Assembly: GCA_963811165.1 (NCBI GenBank)
Contig: CAWEQH010000010.1
Location: 320,001-384,000, forward strand
Length of the DNA: 64,000 nt
Reading direction: 5' to 3'
Origin: an uncultured Nitrospiraceae bacterium
GTDB lineage: Bacteria; Nitrospirota; Thermodesulfovibrionia; Thermodesulfovibrionales; UBA6898
Of the stretch, positions 21,741-31,373 are shown one piece after another. A model generated the notes under the pieces. It worked only from the letters and a program-made list of their open reading frames with translations, had not been told where the DNA came from and ran no database searches. The translations under genes and the position numbers were made by a program. How positions within the stretch are numbered: the first letter of the stretch is position 1; each line of letters starts with the position of its first letter.

Positions 21741-22562
21741 TCAGACGTACTTTTTGATATTCCTGTGGTTGCCGATATCGAATTTTTCTCTCAAGTCATC
21801 CCCCAGGAGGTTGAAACAGACGGCGGTGAGCGCTATCATTACGCCTGGGGAGAGAACCATCCACGGGGCCGCATTTATATAGGCCCTGTTCGCACTTATC
21901 ATAGAGCCCCAGGTAGCAATTGGCGGTTGGGCACCCAGACCGAGAAAGCTCAGGGCAGATTCGGTCAGTATATATCCTCCAAGCTTCAGGCCGGTCATTA
22001 CGAGGGCAAGCGGGACGCATTGCGGCAGGAGGTGGACAAATACGATCCTCAAGTCGCCGCATCCGACGGCCCTTGCCGCCTCCACAAAGGAAGATTCCTT
22101 AAGGGACATCACCTGTCCCCTTATCAGTCTGGCAAAAGACGCCCATCCCACAGTGGACAATGCGATCATAACTGTATAGATCCCCGGAGGGAAGAGCACA
22201 GAGACACCGATTGCGAGAAGGAGTGACGGAAAGGCAAGTATCAAATCCACGATCGCCATGCAAAGCGTATCTATTTTGCCCCCGATATAACCGGACAGGA
22301 GGCCCACGACCAGCCCTATACCCATCGACAAGAGGGCGGCAAAAACAGAAACAGTTATCGAAATTCGGCCTCCGTACAACACCCGTGTGAGGATATCCCT
22401 TCCTTTATTATCCGTACCCAACGGGTGGTGAAAAGAGGGCGGCTGACGGAGACTGTCGAGATCAATAATATCGGGAGAATACCGCACCAGAGCCGGCGAA
22501 ATCATCGACAGGGAAAAAAGGCATATTAGGATACAGGCCGATATCTTACCGGTCAGCCCCAT
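21741..22562 (-). CDS. Peptide/nickel ABC transporter permease (DppC-like)
   Basis: HPLGTDNKGRD, EAARAVG, ESALSFLGLG. Confidence 0.9.
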   Translation of the reverse strand: MGLTGKISACILICLFSLSMISPALVRYSPDIIDLDSLRQPPSFHHPLGTDNKGRDILTRVLYGGRISITVSVFAALLSMGIGLVVGLLSGYIGGKIDTLCMAIVDLILAFPSLLLAIGVSVLFPPGIYTVMIALSTVGWASFARLIRGQVMSLKESSFVEAARAVGCGDLRIVFVHLLPQCVPLALVMTGLKLGGYILTESALSFLGLGAQPPIATWGSMISANRAYINAAPWMVLSPGVMIALTAVCFNLLGDDLREKFDIGNHRNIKKYV

Positions 22563-23478
22563 GGATCCTCACCCGGGGGTCTAAATAATGATACATAACA
22601 TCGACAGCGAGATTGATCAGTACAAAGAGTATCGTCCCGACGACAATACATCCCATTATTACCGGATAATCCCTCTTTACAATGCCCTCCATCGTAAACC
22701 TGCCGATACCGTCCCACCCGAATATAGTTTCGGTAAGCACGGCCCCGTTAAGATAGCTCCCGAAATCCAGGCCAATCACTGTCACGACAGGTATCAGAGC
22801 GTTTTTCATTATATGAAGAGTGTTAATACTGAATTCCTTTAACCCCTTTGCTCTTGCAGTCCTTATAAACGCCGTATCTACCACATCCAAAACGGACACG
22901 CGGGTCACCCTGGTGATGGTGGCAAGCGCAGGGAGGGCAAGCGTCAGCGAAGGGAGTACCACATATCGCAATCCGCCTGTCCCTGATGGTGGCAAAACCT
23001 TTAGTCTGAGGCTGAAAAAAAGCATAATAAGGAGCCCGCTCCAAAAAACAGGTACGCTGAGAAAAAGGATGCTTATAATCGAAACAACCCGGTCAATTAT
23101 GCCGCCCTTCTTAAGTGCCGAAAAAAGTCCGAGCAAAATTCCGAGAGGCACCGCAATACCCATCGCCCCTGCAGCCAGCAATAGCGTCTTGGGGAACTTC
23201 GATTTTATGTCATCAAACACTTTCCTGTTGGTATAATAGGACCTCCCCATTTCTCCCTTCATCAACAATGAGACATATCCCATGTATTGCCTCGCAGTCC
23301 CCTTATCGGCTCCAATTTCTTTCCTTACCTTCTCTATAATCTCCGGACTGCTTCTTTCTCCCACCAGGGTATAGACAGGATCTCCGGGGAGCGCCTTTGT
23401 CAGAGTAAAGGTAAGCATCGTGATCCCCAAAAGCAACGGGATGAGGAGCGCTATTCTTTTTATAATATAGAAACTCAA
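22546..23478 (-). CDS. Peptide/nickel ABC transporter permease (DppB-like)
   Basis: LPGDP, TARAKGL, TETIFGWDGIG, LDPRVR. Confidence 0.9.
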   Translation of the reverse strand: MSFYIIKRIALLIPLLLGITMLTFTLTKALPGDPVYTLVGERSSPEIIEKVRKEIGADKGTARQYMGYVSLLMKGEMGRSYYTNRKVFDDIKSKFPKTLLLAAGAMGIAVPLGILLGLFSALKKGGIIDRVVSIISILFLSVPVFWSGLLIMLFFSLRLKVLPPSGTGGLRYVVLPSLTLALPALATITRVTRVSVLDVVDTAFIRTARAKGLKEFSINTLHIMKNALIPVVTVIGLDFGSYLNGAVLTETIFGWDGIGRFTMEGIVKRDYPVIMGCIVVGTILFVLINLAVDVMYHYLDPRVRIHGADR

Positions 23479-25055
23479 AAGGAGACCTCCAATCCTTTGT
23501 CCATGCTGTAAATTGGGTATATCCTGTAATTCTTCACGTATGGCTGACGAAGCGTAAAGTCCGTTTTATGCCAGAAAAAGACCCAAGGGGATTCCTCTGT
23601 AATAATGTCTTCTGCAAGACCGTAATCACGATACCGCTCAGCCGGCTCGATCGCCCCCTGCCCCGCCTCTATGAGCCTGTCCACTTTCTTGTTTGTATAT
23701 CTCGCCCTGTTGCCGCTTGCGCCGTGATTGTTCGAGTGGAAGAGTGGAAACAGGAAATTCTCGGGGTCTGGATAATCTGCCCACCAGCTTAACCAGAAAA
23801 GATCCGCCTCACCTTTATTTATGGCGGCCTTATATGCGCTCCACTCAAGCTGCTTTATATGAACATCAAGCCCCGCCTCTTTAAGATAGGACTGGATTAT
23901 CTCAGCGATATCCACCATCTCCTGATCGGAAGTGATGAAAAAATTCACCACCCTGTTCACTGCACCCTCTTCCGCGATGATTCTTTTCGCCCTTAAAGGG
24001 TCATATTTCACAGTTTCCCGCAGTTTCCATTTCCTCAGCAGGTCGGGCACAGGGCCCTGCGCAAGCCTCCCCCTTCCCTCATAAAAGGTTTCGAGGATTT
24101 TTCTTCTGTCTATTGCAGAGGCAACGGCCTTCCTAAGATTCATATCGTCAAACGGAGGTCTCGAACAGTTAAACCCAAGATAATAGGTATTCAGACCATT
24201 GACGGAGGAAATCAGGCCTCTCCACTTTGGAGAGCTCCTGTACCTCGAGTATTCATAGGCGGGGACCCCGATTACATCTAGGTTCCCCAGTTCAAACTCG
24301 GTCACCGCGGTAAGGTCTTCGGGAATGATCCTGTATACAATCCCTGAAATATGCGCCTGTCCTTCGAAATATCCTCTATTTCTTTCCAGGATGAGTTGAC
24401 TGTTATGTCCCCATTCTCTCAAGATAAACGGGCCGCTTCCGACCGGATGGGTCGCATAATCGCTCCCCCATTTTTTCACTTCCTCCTCCGGCACAATGTA
24501 GGCTGCCGTCATCGTAAGAAGATTAAGAAAGGGGGAAAAAGGTTTGACCAGTCTAATCTTTAGGGTATATCTGTCCTTCACTTCCAGTCCCTCCACGTCG
24601 GATGCCTTACCGCTCATATATTGCTTTGCACCGAGTATCTTGTCCAAAACCCAGGAGTTCGGAGACTTTCCTCCGGGATCAAGTATCCTTTTAAAGGAAT
24701 ACTTGACGTCATAAGCCGTAACTTCCCGTTCATTAGAAAATTTGACATTATGTCTGAGAAAGAAAAGGTAGATAGTGCCGTTATCGCTTATCTTCCACCG
24801 TTCGGCTATATCCGGAATCACACTCAGGTTCTCATCGAGTCTCACCAGGCCGTTAAAGAGTTTGGCGGCGATTATGCCGCCCGTCACATCTACGATAAGT
24901 GCGGGATCGAGAGTAGTCGGGTTGTAATTCAGTCTGTAGTAGATGAAGTCGTCAGTCCTGTTTCGGCTCGAACAGGCGGGGAATGACAGCAGGAGACCGA
25001 AAAGGCAGAATGCACTTACGATCCTTTTGCTATTCTTACTAAAGATATATTGCAC
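23475..25055 (-). CDS. Peptide ABC transporter substrate-binding lipoprotein (SBP family 5)
   Basis: Lipobox FPAC, TLDPA, PVGSGPF, WWADYPDP. Confidence 0.9.
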   Translation of the reverse strand: MQYIFSKNSKRIVSAFCLFGLLLSFPACSSRNRTDDFIYYRLNYNPTTLDPALIVDVTGGIIAAKLFNGLVRLDENLSVIPDIAERWKISDNGTIYLFFLRHNVKFSNEREVTAYDVKYSFKRILDPGGKSPNSWVLDKILGAKQYMSGKASDVEGLEVKDRYTLKIRLVKPFSPFLNLLTMTAAYIVPEEEVKKWGSDYATHPVGSGPFILREWGHNSQLILERNRGYFEGQAHISGIVYRIIPEDLTAVTEFELGNLDVIGVPAYEYSRYRSSPKWRGLISSVNGLNTYYLGFNCSRPPFDDMNLRKAVASAIDRRKILETFYEGRGRLAQGPVPDLLRKWKLRETVKYDPLRAKRIIAEEGAVNRVVNFFITSDQEMVDIAEIIQSYLKEAGLDVHIKQLEWSAYKAAINKGEADLFWLSWWADYPDPENFLFPLFHSNNHGASGNRARYTNKKVDRLIEAGQGAIEPAERYRDYGLAEDIITEESPWVFFWHKTDFTLRQPYVKNYRIYPIYSMDKGLEVSF

Positions 25056-25081
25056 GAATAATTATAATATATTCGCTGTTA

Positions 25082-26143
25082 TCAGGGTATCCGCTGCCCG
25101 ACAATTTCGTCTTCCGTATGACGGAATATCTCAAACACCGAGATGAAGACGGCAGTGATAAGGGGGCCCATAATCAACCCGATCACCCCGAATAATTTTA
25201 TTCCGCCGAGTACACTGAACAATATTACGATCGTAGGCATCTTCGTCCTGCTCCCGATTATTAAAGGTTTTAAAATATTGTCCACCATGCTGATAACGAA
25301 GACTCCGAAGAGTAAAAGGCCGATGCCCTGGGCAAAGCTATGTTCGATGATAAGATAGATCGAAGTGGGACCCCAGATCGCAAAAGTGCCCAGAAGTGGT
25401 ACAAACGACATCACCGACATGGCCATCCCCCACATCACCGGCGCCTCAATACCGATGAAAGCATAGGCGATGCCTCCCAGGATTCCCTGAATAATCGCAA
25501 CCACGACGCCCCCGTATACTGTCGAGACGATCATATCTTTAATCTGTCCCGCAAGTCTCTCTTTCTGCGTTTCACTAAACGGCAAGTAATCCTTGGCCTT
25601 AGAGAGAAAGCCGGGCCCATCTTTTAAAAAAAAGAAAGTGGTAAAGACGACAAAAATAAAGTCTATTACGGCCGCCAAAATATTTGATATCCTCAAGGAA
25701 ACTTCCTGGAGGAGGCCCTTTCCCACTTTTTTTACGTTTTCAAGTATTACCGCCTCCGAGATGAGGTCCTCCGCCCCGGTATAGGCACGCATCTTTTCAA
25801 AAAGCGGCGAGGAATTCATTTTTTGAACAACTTCCTTCAGGAGGTCTGCGTTACTGTCGTTAATCCTGACAGCAACGACCTGCACTTCGTCGATAAGTAG
25901 CAGAGTGAGATAGGTGATCGGGCCAATGAGTATAATGAGTATCAAAACGATCGTCATTGCAGCGGATATAGCCCTGATCCTGATACGGCGAGAGATAAAT
26001 ACGAAGACAGGGTAGAAAATTATCGAAATCACGATCGACCAGGCAATGGCGGCAAAAAAAGGGCTCATGATCTCATAGGTAAGGTATCCCAGCGTTCCAA
26101 GAAGGAATAGCAGCGTAACGAAATAGAATCTATCCTTAAGCAC
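25082..26143 (-). CDS. AI-2E family transporter
   Basis: Multi-TM; DNILKPLIIG, GLIMGP; GTG start overlapping upstream stop. Confidence 0.85.
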   Translation of the reverse strand: MLKDRFYFVTLLFLLGTLGYLTYEIMSPFFAAIAWSIVISIIFYPVFVFISRRIRIRAISAAMTIVLILIILIGPITYLTLLLIDEVQVVAVRINDSNADLLKEVVQKMNSSPLFEKMRAYTGAEDLISEAVILENVKKVGKGLLQEVSLRISNILAAVIDFIFVVFTTFFFLKDGPGFLSKAKDYLPFSETQKERLAGQIKDMIVSTVYGGVVVAIIQGILGGIAYAFIGIEAPVMWGMAMSVMSFVPLLGTFAIWGPTSIYLIIEHSFAQGIGLLLFGVFVISMVDNILKPLIIGSRTKMPTIVILFSVLGGIKLFGVIGLIMGPLITAVFISVFEIFRHTEDEIVGQRIP

Positions 26144-26801
26144 GGCACGCCGCGACGAATCTCTCAAACAACCGCCTCGACAATAAGCTCTGCATCCTCT
26201 CCGGATGCCACTGGACACCGACAAGGAATGCGGGTCCTTCGCCATAAAATGCCTCGACTATTCCGTCCTGAGCCCATACAAAAGGTTTCAGCCCCTTCCC
26301 CACCCGCTTTACCGCCTGGTGATGACTACTGTTGACTTCACTCCTAGAGGCCTCCATAAACGGGTTATCCTCAATAATGACGCCATGTTCACCCCTGGCG
26401 TGTTCCAGAGATTCAGGCACCTGCAAAGGTAAATCCTGATAAAGACTTCCCTGAAAAAAAATATTGATCAGTTGCATTCCGTAACATACGCCAAGAACAG
26501 GTTTCTTCCGTCCAATTATCTCACGAAGAAGAGAAAATTCAAAATCAATTCTCACTCGCTCTTCCGGTACAATCCGATAGACAGCGCTTTCTCCGTAGAA
26601 CGATGGCTCCAGGTCCCCGCCCCCGGGGATAATAAAACCGTCATAACGGGTTGCAAGATCACCGACCTCGCTTTGCGGAGGGACAAAAACAGCTTTCCCC
26701 CCCGCCTTTTCCACTGACATTAAATATAACTCGCGCCCAGGGGGGAATATCGAGTTGGTTCCGCAGGTTATCGCTATGATAGGCGGCGCGCTGGTCTTCA
26801 T
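26136..26801 (-). CDS. Peptidase C26 / PuuD-like glutamine amidotransferase
   Basis: PGGGD, LGVCYGMQ, VNSSHHQA, VQWHPE. Confidence 0.88.
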   Translation of the reverse strand: MKTSAPPIIAITCGTNSIFPPGRELYLMSVEKAGGKAVFVPPQSEVGDLATRYDGFIIPGGGDLEPSFYGESAVYRIVPEERVRIDFEFSLLREIIGRKKPVLGVCYGMQLINIFFQGSLYQDLPLQVPESLEHARGEHGVIIEDNPFMEASRSEVNSSHHQAVKRVGKGLKPFVWAQDGIVEAFYGEGPAFLVGVQWHPERMQSLLSRRLFERFVAACRA

Positions 26802-26938
26802 CCAGAATGCGACATGAATTCCGTCGATTGATATATGCCGGAAATAAAGTCCTGTTTTATAATCTTATCCCGAAAAAAAGCTTCGAGTCGGCCGGCTAGA
26901 TATGCAGGCTGAACGGCAGTAAAAAGCAATAGAGGATT

Positions 26939-27550
26939 TCAGTCATTCCCTTCCTTTTGATCGTTCATTACCACTATATCCTCCCCGGTGCCTTCGATAC
27001 CCTCGCAGGCTTTCCCCATATCCTGCAAAAGATGGCTCTTTTTAATGTTCAGTTGTTTATCCGCAATTACGGCCTTAAGTCCCATGAGGCCGATATTTAT
27101 CTTTTCCCCGTTTCTGTTAAATGATAGCGTAGTTTTACTCGCCTGATCTTCCTCGTTATAGAATGCCTCCGCCTTCTTCCTAAATAGTCTTGCAGCTTCT
27201 TTGAAATGCTTGGTCATGTTTTTCGTTTCGCACATAATGACAAAGTCGTGGGTACTCACGGTGCCGACGAAACATTTGCTGCATTTTTCGCACGTAGTTT
27301 TAAGGATAGCTGCCGCCCATTGTATTATCTCCGCATGTCTGTCGGGACCGTACTTTATTAAGTAGGGATGGACATTGGCGATTCTGACGTATGCGACCGA
27401 GTATCTGCCTATGTGCGGATAGACCTGTTCTAACCTCTTTATGATCGCAGCCCTATCGGGAAGGCCAGTAAGAAAATCAGGCCACAAGTCCGGGTTTTCC
27501 TGCCTTCTATGGAGTTGCTGAATGTACTTCCTCGCCTCCGCAATTCCCAT
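26939..27550 (-). CDS. Stand-alone degenerate GGDEF-fold protein
   Basis: DFLTGLP and KYG helix retained; signature position reads VSTHDFVI instead of GGDEF. Confidence 0.6.
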   Translation of the reverse strand: MGIAEARKYIQQLHRRQENPDLWPDFLTGLPDRAAIIKRLEQVYPHIGRYSVAYVRIANVHPYLIKYGPDRHAEIIQWAAAILKTTCEKCSKCFVGTVSTHDFVIMCETKNMTKHFKEAARLFRKKAEAFYNEEDQASKTTLSFNRNGEKINIGLMGLKAVIADKQLNIKKSHLLQDMGKACEGIEGTGEDIVVMNDQKEGND

Positions 27551-27686
27551 CTAAGCCCCCTCTCTGCTGACACCCGTTATCCGCATTCCTGTACCTGAAA
27601 GGTATATATAATTAACCGCATTTTAATCAGGATTGTCAACTTTTAGTTATAATTATCAGGTAAGTATTTATTCCCCACCTCTCCAT

Positions 27687-27721
27687 AAAAAAAGGGGACA
27701 TAATTGTTGTCCCCTTTTTTT
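27687..27721. terminator. Intrinsic terminator downstream of ppdK (bidirectional form)
   Basis: A7-GGGGACA-loop-TGTCCCC-T7. Confidence 0.8.
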
Positions 27722-27754
27722 AACAACGGCCTATTTGGGCCTTTTTTTGCCCTG

Positions 27755-30511
27755 CTATTTTTTCTTCTTTTTCTCTTTTAATGCAGCCTGTGCCGCAGCG
27801 AACCTCGCGATCGGAACCCTGTAGGGCGAACAGCTCACGTAGTTAAGCCCTATCTCATGGCAGAATTCGACGGATTTCGCCTCTCCGCCATGTTCCCCGC
27901 ATATACCCATCTTGAGGTCCTTCTTCACCTTCCGTCCCTTCTCTACAGCCACGCGCATGAAAGCGCCGACACCGTCGGTGTCGATCGAAACAAAGGGATC
28001 CTCTTTAAGAATGCCCGCTTCGACATAATAAGGCAGGAACCTTCCGGCATCGTCTCTTGAAAGGCCGTAGACCGTCTGTGTCAGGTCGTTTGTGCCGAAT
28101 GAATAGAAGTCGGCCTGTGCCGCGATCTCGTCAGAGGTCACACATGCCCTCGGCAGCTCTATCATCGTGCCTACGGTATATGCTACCTTCGCCTTGTATT
28201 GCTTCAGGACGCTCTCGGCAGTCGCCACCGTAAGTGCCCTCATCATCTCAAGCTCCTTCACATGTCCGACAAGAGGGATCATGATCTCGGGAATCACCTT
28301 CACCTTCTGCTTTGCAAGCTCGCATGCCGCCTCCATGATCGCCTGCACCTGCATCTCATAGATCTCGGGATAGGTGACGCCGAGACGGCAGCCGCGGTGG
28401 CCGAGCATGGGGTTGAACTCATGAAGCGACTTGTTCTTTGCGTTAAGATGATCGAAGGAGACGCCCATATCTTTCGAAAGCTCCTCGAGTTCATTGTCGG
28501 TGTGCGGAAGGAATTCATGAAGAGGCGGGTCAAGAAGCCTTATGGTCACCGGAAGACCCGCCATCGCCTTGAATATGCCGGCGAAATCGTCTTTCTGGAA
28601 GGGAAGAAGCTTTGCAAGCGCCTTTTTTCTTCCTTCTACCGTGTCGGAGAGGATCATCTCCCTCACCGCCTTGATCCTGTCCGGACCGAAGAACATGTGC
28701 TCGGTTCTGCAGAGGCCGATCCCCTGCGCTCCGTGGTTTCTCGCAACGATCGCGTCATTAGGCGTGTCCGCGTTTGTCCTGACGCCGAGGGTCCTGAACA
28801 GGTCGGCCCATTTCATCAATTCCTTATACCATTTGTTGTGCTCGGGGTCCGCAGGCAGGAGGTCGAGCTTGCCTTCATACACTCTTCCCTTTGACCCGTT
28901 AAGGGTGATCCAGTCGCTTTCTTTAAGACTGTGGCCGTTGACCCGGATGACCCGGTTTTTAACGTCGATGTCGAGGGCCGAGCAGCCAACGATGCAGCAT
29001 TTGCCCCATCCTCTTGCAACGAGCGCCGCGTGGCTTGTCATTCCTCCCTTGGCGGTAAGGATCGCCTCTGCGGCATGCATGCCGTGGACGTCTTCAGGAG
29101 AGGTCTCGTTCCTGACGAGTACTACCTTCTCGCCCTTTTTCGCCCATGCCTCGGCGTCGTCAGCGGTGAAGACGACCTTGCCGATGGCGCCCCCTGGGCC
29201 GGCCGGTAACCCCTTTGCGAGTTCAACAGCCCTCTTCTCTGCAGCAGGATCTACGCTTGGGTGGAGAAGCTCATCGATCTGGTCGGGCTTTACGCGAAGC
29301 ACCGCCGTCTCCTTACTAATCAGCTTCGATTTCGCCATTTCGACCGCCATACGGATGGCCGCCTGTCCGTTTCGCTTGCCGACTCTTGTCTGCAACATCC
29401 AGAGTCTCCCGTCTTCGATCGTAAACTCTATGTCCTGCATGTCCCTGTAATGATTTTCGAGTTTCCGCTGGATCCCGAAGAGCTGCTTATATACCTTGGG
29501 CATCGCCTCTTCGAGCGACTGCAGATGTCTGGTGTCCTCCGTCTTTCCGGCCTTGTTCACAGGATTCGGAGTGCGTATTCCCGCAACAACGTCTTCTCCC
29601 TGTGCATTCGGAAGCCATTCACCGAAGAACATGTTCTCTCCGGTGGCCGGGTTTCTGGTGAAGGCAACGCCTGTTGCGGAGTTATCTCCGGTATTGCCGA
29701 ATACCATCGACTGGACGTTTACCGCAGTCCCCCATTCCTCGGGTATCTTTTCGATCTTCCTGTACGAAACGGCGCGTTTGCCCATCCACGACTGAAAGAC
29801 CGCTCCTATTCCGCCCCAGAGCTGTTCCTTGGGATCATCCGGAAAGTCTTTCTTCAGCGACTGTTTGATGACGGCCTTGAACTCGTCGCAGAGTTTCTTC
29901 AAGTCCTCGATGCTGAGGTCGGTGTCGCTTGAATAGCCCATCTTTTTCTTCAACCCTTCCATCGCATGCTCAAGCTTTTGTCTGATTCCTTGGCCGTCTT
30001 CGGGCTCTATACCGGCTGCCTTTTCCATCACGACGTCGGAATACATCATCATCAGGCGGCGGTAGGCGTCATAAACGAAGCGCTCGTTGTCCGTCCTCTT
30101 TATCATTCCCGGGATCGTTTTTGTGGTAAGACCCACGTTAAGGACGGTCTCCATCATGCCAGGCATGGAGCTCCTCGCCCCGGAACGGACAGAGACGAGA
30201 AGGGGATCATGAGGATCGCCGAATTTCTTTCCGATGATCTTTTCGACCTTGGCCAGCGCGTCTTCGACCTGCTTGCTCAGTTCAGGAGGGTATTTTCGGT
30301 TGTTCCTGTAATAGAGGGTGCAGACTTCGGTGGTGATCGTAAAGCCGGGCGGAACGGGAATGCCGAGGTTCGTCATCTCGGCAACATTAGCCCCCTTGCC
30401 CCCGAGAAGATTTTTCATTTCCGCCTTACCATCCGCTTTGCCGGCCCCAAAAAAATAGACATATTTGTTAGACGTTTTCTTCGCAATCTTTTTAGTAACT
30501 GACTTAGCCAT
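27755..30511 (-). CDS. ppdK: Pyruvate, phosphate dikinase
   Basis: LLGGKGANVAEM, GGMTSHAA phospho-His, GLCRTEHMF, SFGTNDLTQ, GICGEHGG. Confidence 0.97.
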   Translation of the reverse strand: MAKSVTKKIAKKTSNKYVYFFGAGKADGKAEMKNLLGGKGANVAEMTNLGIPVPPGFTITTEVCTLYYRNNRKYPPELSKQVEDALAKVEKIIGKKFGDPHDPLLVSVRSGARSSMPGMMETVLNVGLTTKTIPGMIKRTDNERFVYDAYRRLMMMYSDVVMEKAAGIEPEDGQGIRQKLEHAMEGLKKKMGYSSDTDLSIEDLKKLCDEFKAVIKQSLKKDFPDDPKEQLWGGIGAVFQSWMGKRAVSYRKIEKIPEEWGTAVNVQSMVFGNTGDNSATGVAFTRNPATGENMFFGEWLPNAQGEDVVAGIRTPNPVNKAGKTEDTRHLQSLEEAMPKVYKQLFGIQRKLENHYRDMQDIEFTIEDGRLWMLQTRVGKRNGQAAIRMAVEMAKSKLISKETAVLRVKPDQIDELLHPSVDPAAEKRAVELAKGLPAGPGGAIGKVVFTADDAEAWAKKGEKVVLVRNETSPEDVHGMHAAEAILTAKGGMTSHAALVARGWGKCCIVGCSALDIDVKNRVIRVNGHSLKESDWITLNGSKGRVYEGKLDLLPADPEHNKWYKELMKWADLFRTLGVRTNADTPNDAIVARNHGAQGIGLCRTEHMFFGPDRIKAVREMILSDTVEGRKKALAKLLPFQKDDFAGIFKAMAGLPVTIRLLDPPLHEFLPHTDNELEELSKDMGVSFDHLNAKNKSLHEFNPMLGHRGCRLGVTYPEIYEMQVQAIMEAACELAKQKVKVIPEIMIPLVGHVKELEMMRALTVATAESVLKQYKAKVAYTVGTMIELPRACVTSDEIAAQADFYSFGTNDLTQTVYGLSRDDAGRFLPYYVEAGILKEDPFVSIDTDGVGAFMRVAVEKGRKVKKDLKMGICGEHGGEAKSVEFCHEIGLNYVSCSPYRVPIARFAAAQAALKEKKKKK

Positions 30512-30754
30512 TGATACCCCTCCCAACAAATTTAAACATAGTAATTCCTATTCATTATAGGGATTTATAGACTACCTTACTGACCGAAAAAATTCAATAT
30601 GCGGATATAAAGTAAATTCTTATAAATTCATTAGGAATTATAATGAACTGATCTTTACCGAACAATAAGCCGACCTTCCACGCTTGTATAACAGTCCTAT
30701 GCAGGATGGCCGTAGCAGAGCAAAAGTCAAAGGGGTGCATGCCAGAAACGGAGA

Positions 30755-30903
30755 TTACTGATTGGCCTCCTTAGAAAAAAGCTCGACGACCTTTGTCTCC
30801 TCTTCCCTCATGGCCGACCTTCCGTGACATCCCCCCTGACATGAGCTTTCTCTCCAAGTATTAGCTTCGATATTGCCTTCAATGTTGCCGTCTACCCTGA
30901 GTG
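30755..30903 (-). pseudogene. Bactofilin (CcmA/polymer-forming cytoskeletal) gene remnant
   Basis: Fragments in shifting frames: TLRVDGNIEGNIEA / LILGEKAHVRGDVT / AMREEETKVVELFSKEANQ*; no start, internal deletions. Confidence 0.75.
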
Positions 30904-31373
30904 TCATTTAATCGGCCATCCTTTGGGAGTGGCCACATAAATATCCCTCTGCTGGCTTAGATAATCTTTTATTTCACTGATGCTTTCCATCGTTACCTTA
31001 ATCTGTTTCTTTAAGTTTTCCGAGTCTATTGAGCCACTGCCGGAAGTGTCAAGGTTCTCGAGTATTTTTTCCTTTGAGCCGAAGGAAAAAAGCCGCTTGA
31101 ACTCGGTATCTGCTTTCTTCAAACTCTCTATCGTGGCCTTAACTTCTACAAACTGCGTTGAATAATATTTAAGCCGCTCGTTCATCTCCTTATAGTGCAC
31201 CGCATTTACTGCGATAGAAAAGAGATATATAGTGGCCCCTGCCCATAAAATATCGAAGCAATGACGCCAAGCTAAGGGAGTTGAATGCTCCACGATTTTG
31301 AATCACTGTGAGGAACGACCATAATGGTCACCGGGGTAAAGAGCCTTTTCAGCAATTTTTTGATCTTATGCAT
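30904..31373 (-). pseudogene. M23 peptidase gene remnant (N-terminal TM and coiled coil only)
   Basis: ATG 31373 overlaps purM stop; VTIMVVPHS, in-frame TAG at 31272-31274, frameshift near 31250, ends at ATPKGWPIK where the M23 domain would start. Confidence 0.75.

Noticed and set aside
28167..30502. Long plus-strand ORFs (231, 302, 223 aa) opposite ppdK, and similar shadows opposite argH, glnA and the HEAT gene
   Set aside because: Antisense shadows of codon-biased genes with no recognisable motifs
30540..30648. AT-rich inverted segments upstream of ppdK (TTCATTA-N7-TAATGAA)
   Set aside because: Possible operator, but low complexity and no regulator can be assigned
30669..30823. 11-bp direct repeat GCCGACCTTCC near the pseudogene
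   Set aside because: Only two copies, with no transposase or terminal inverted repeats; may be chance
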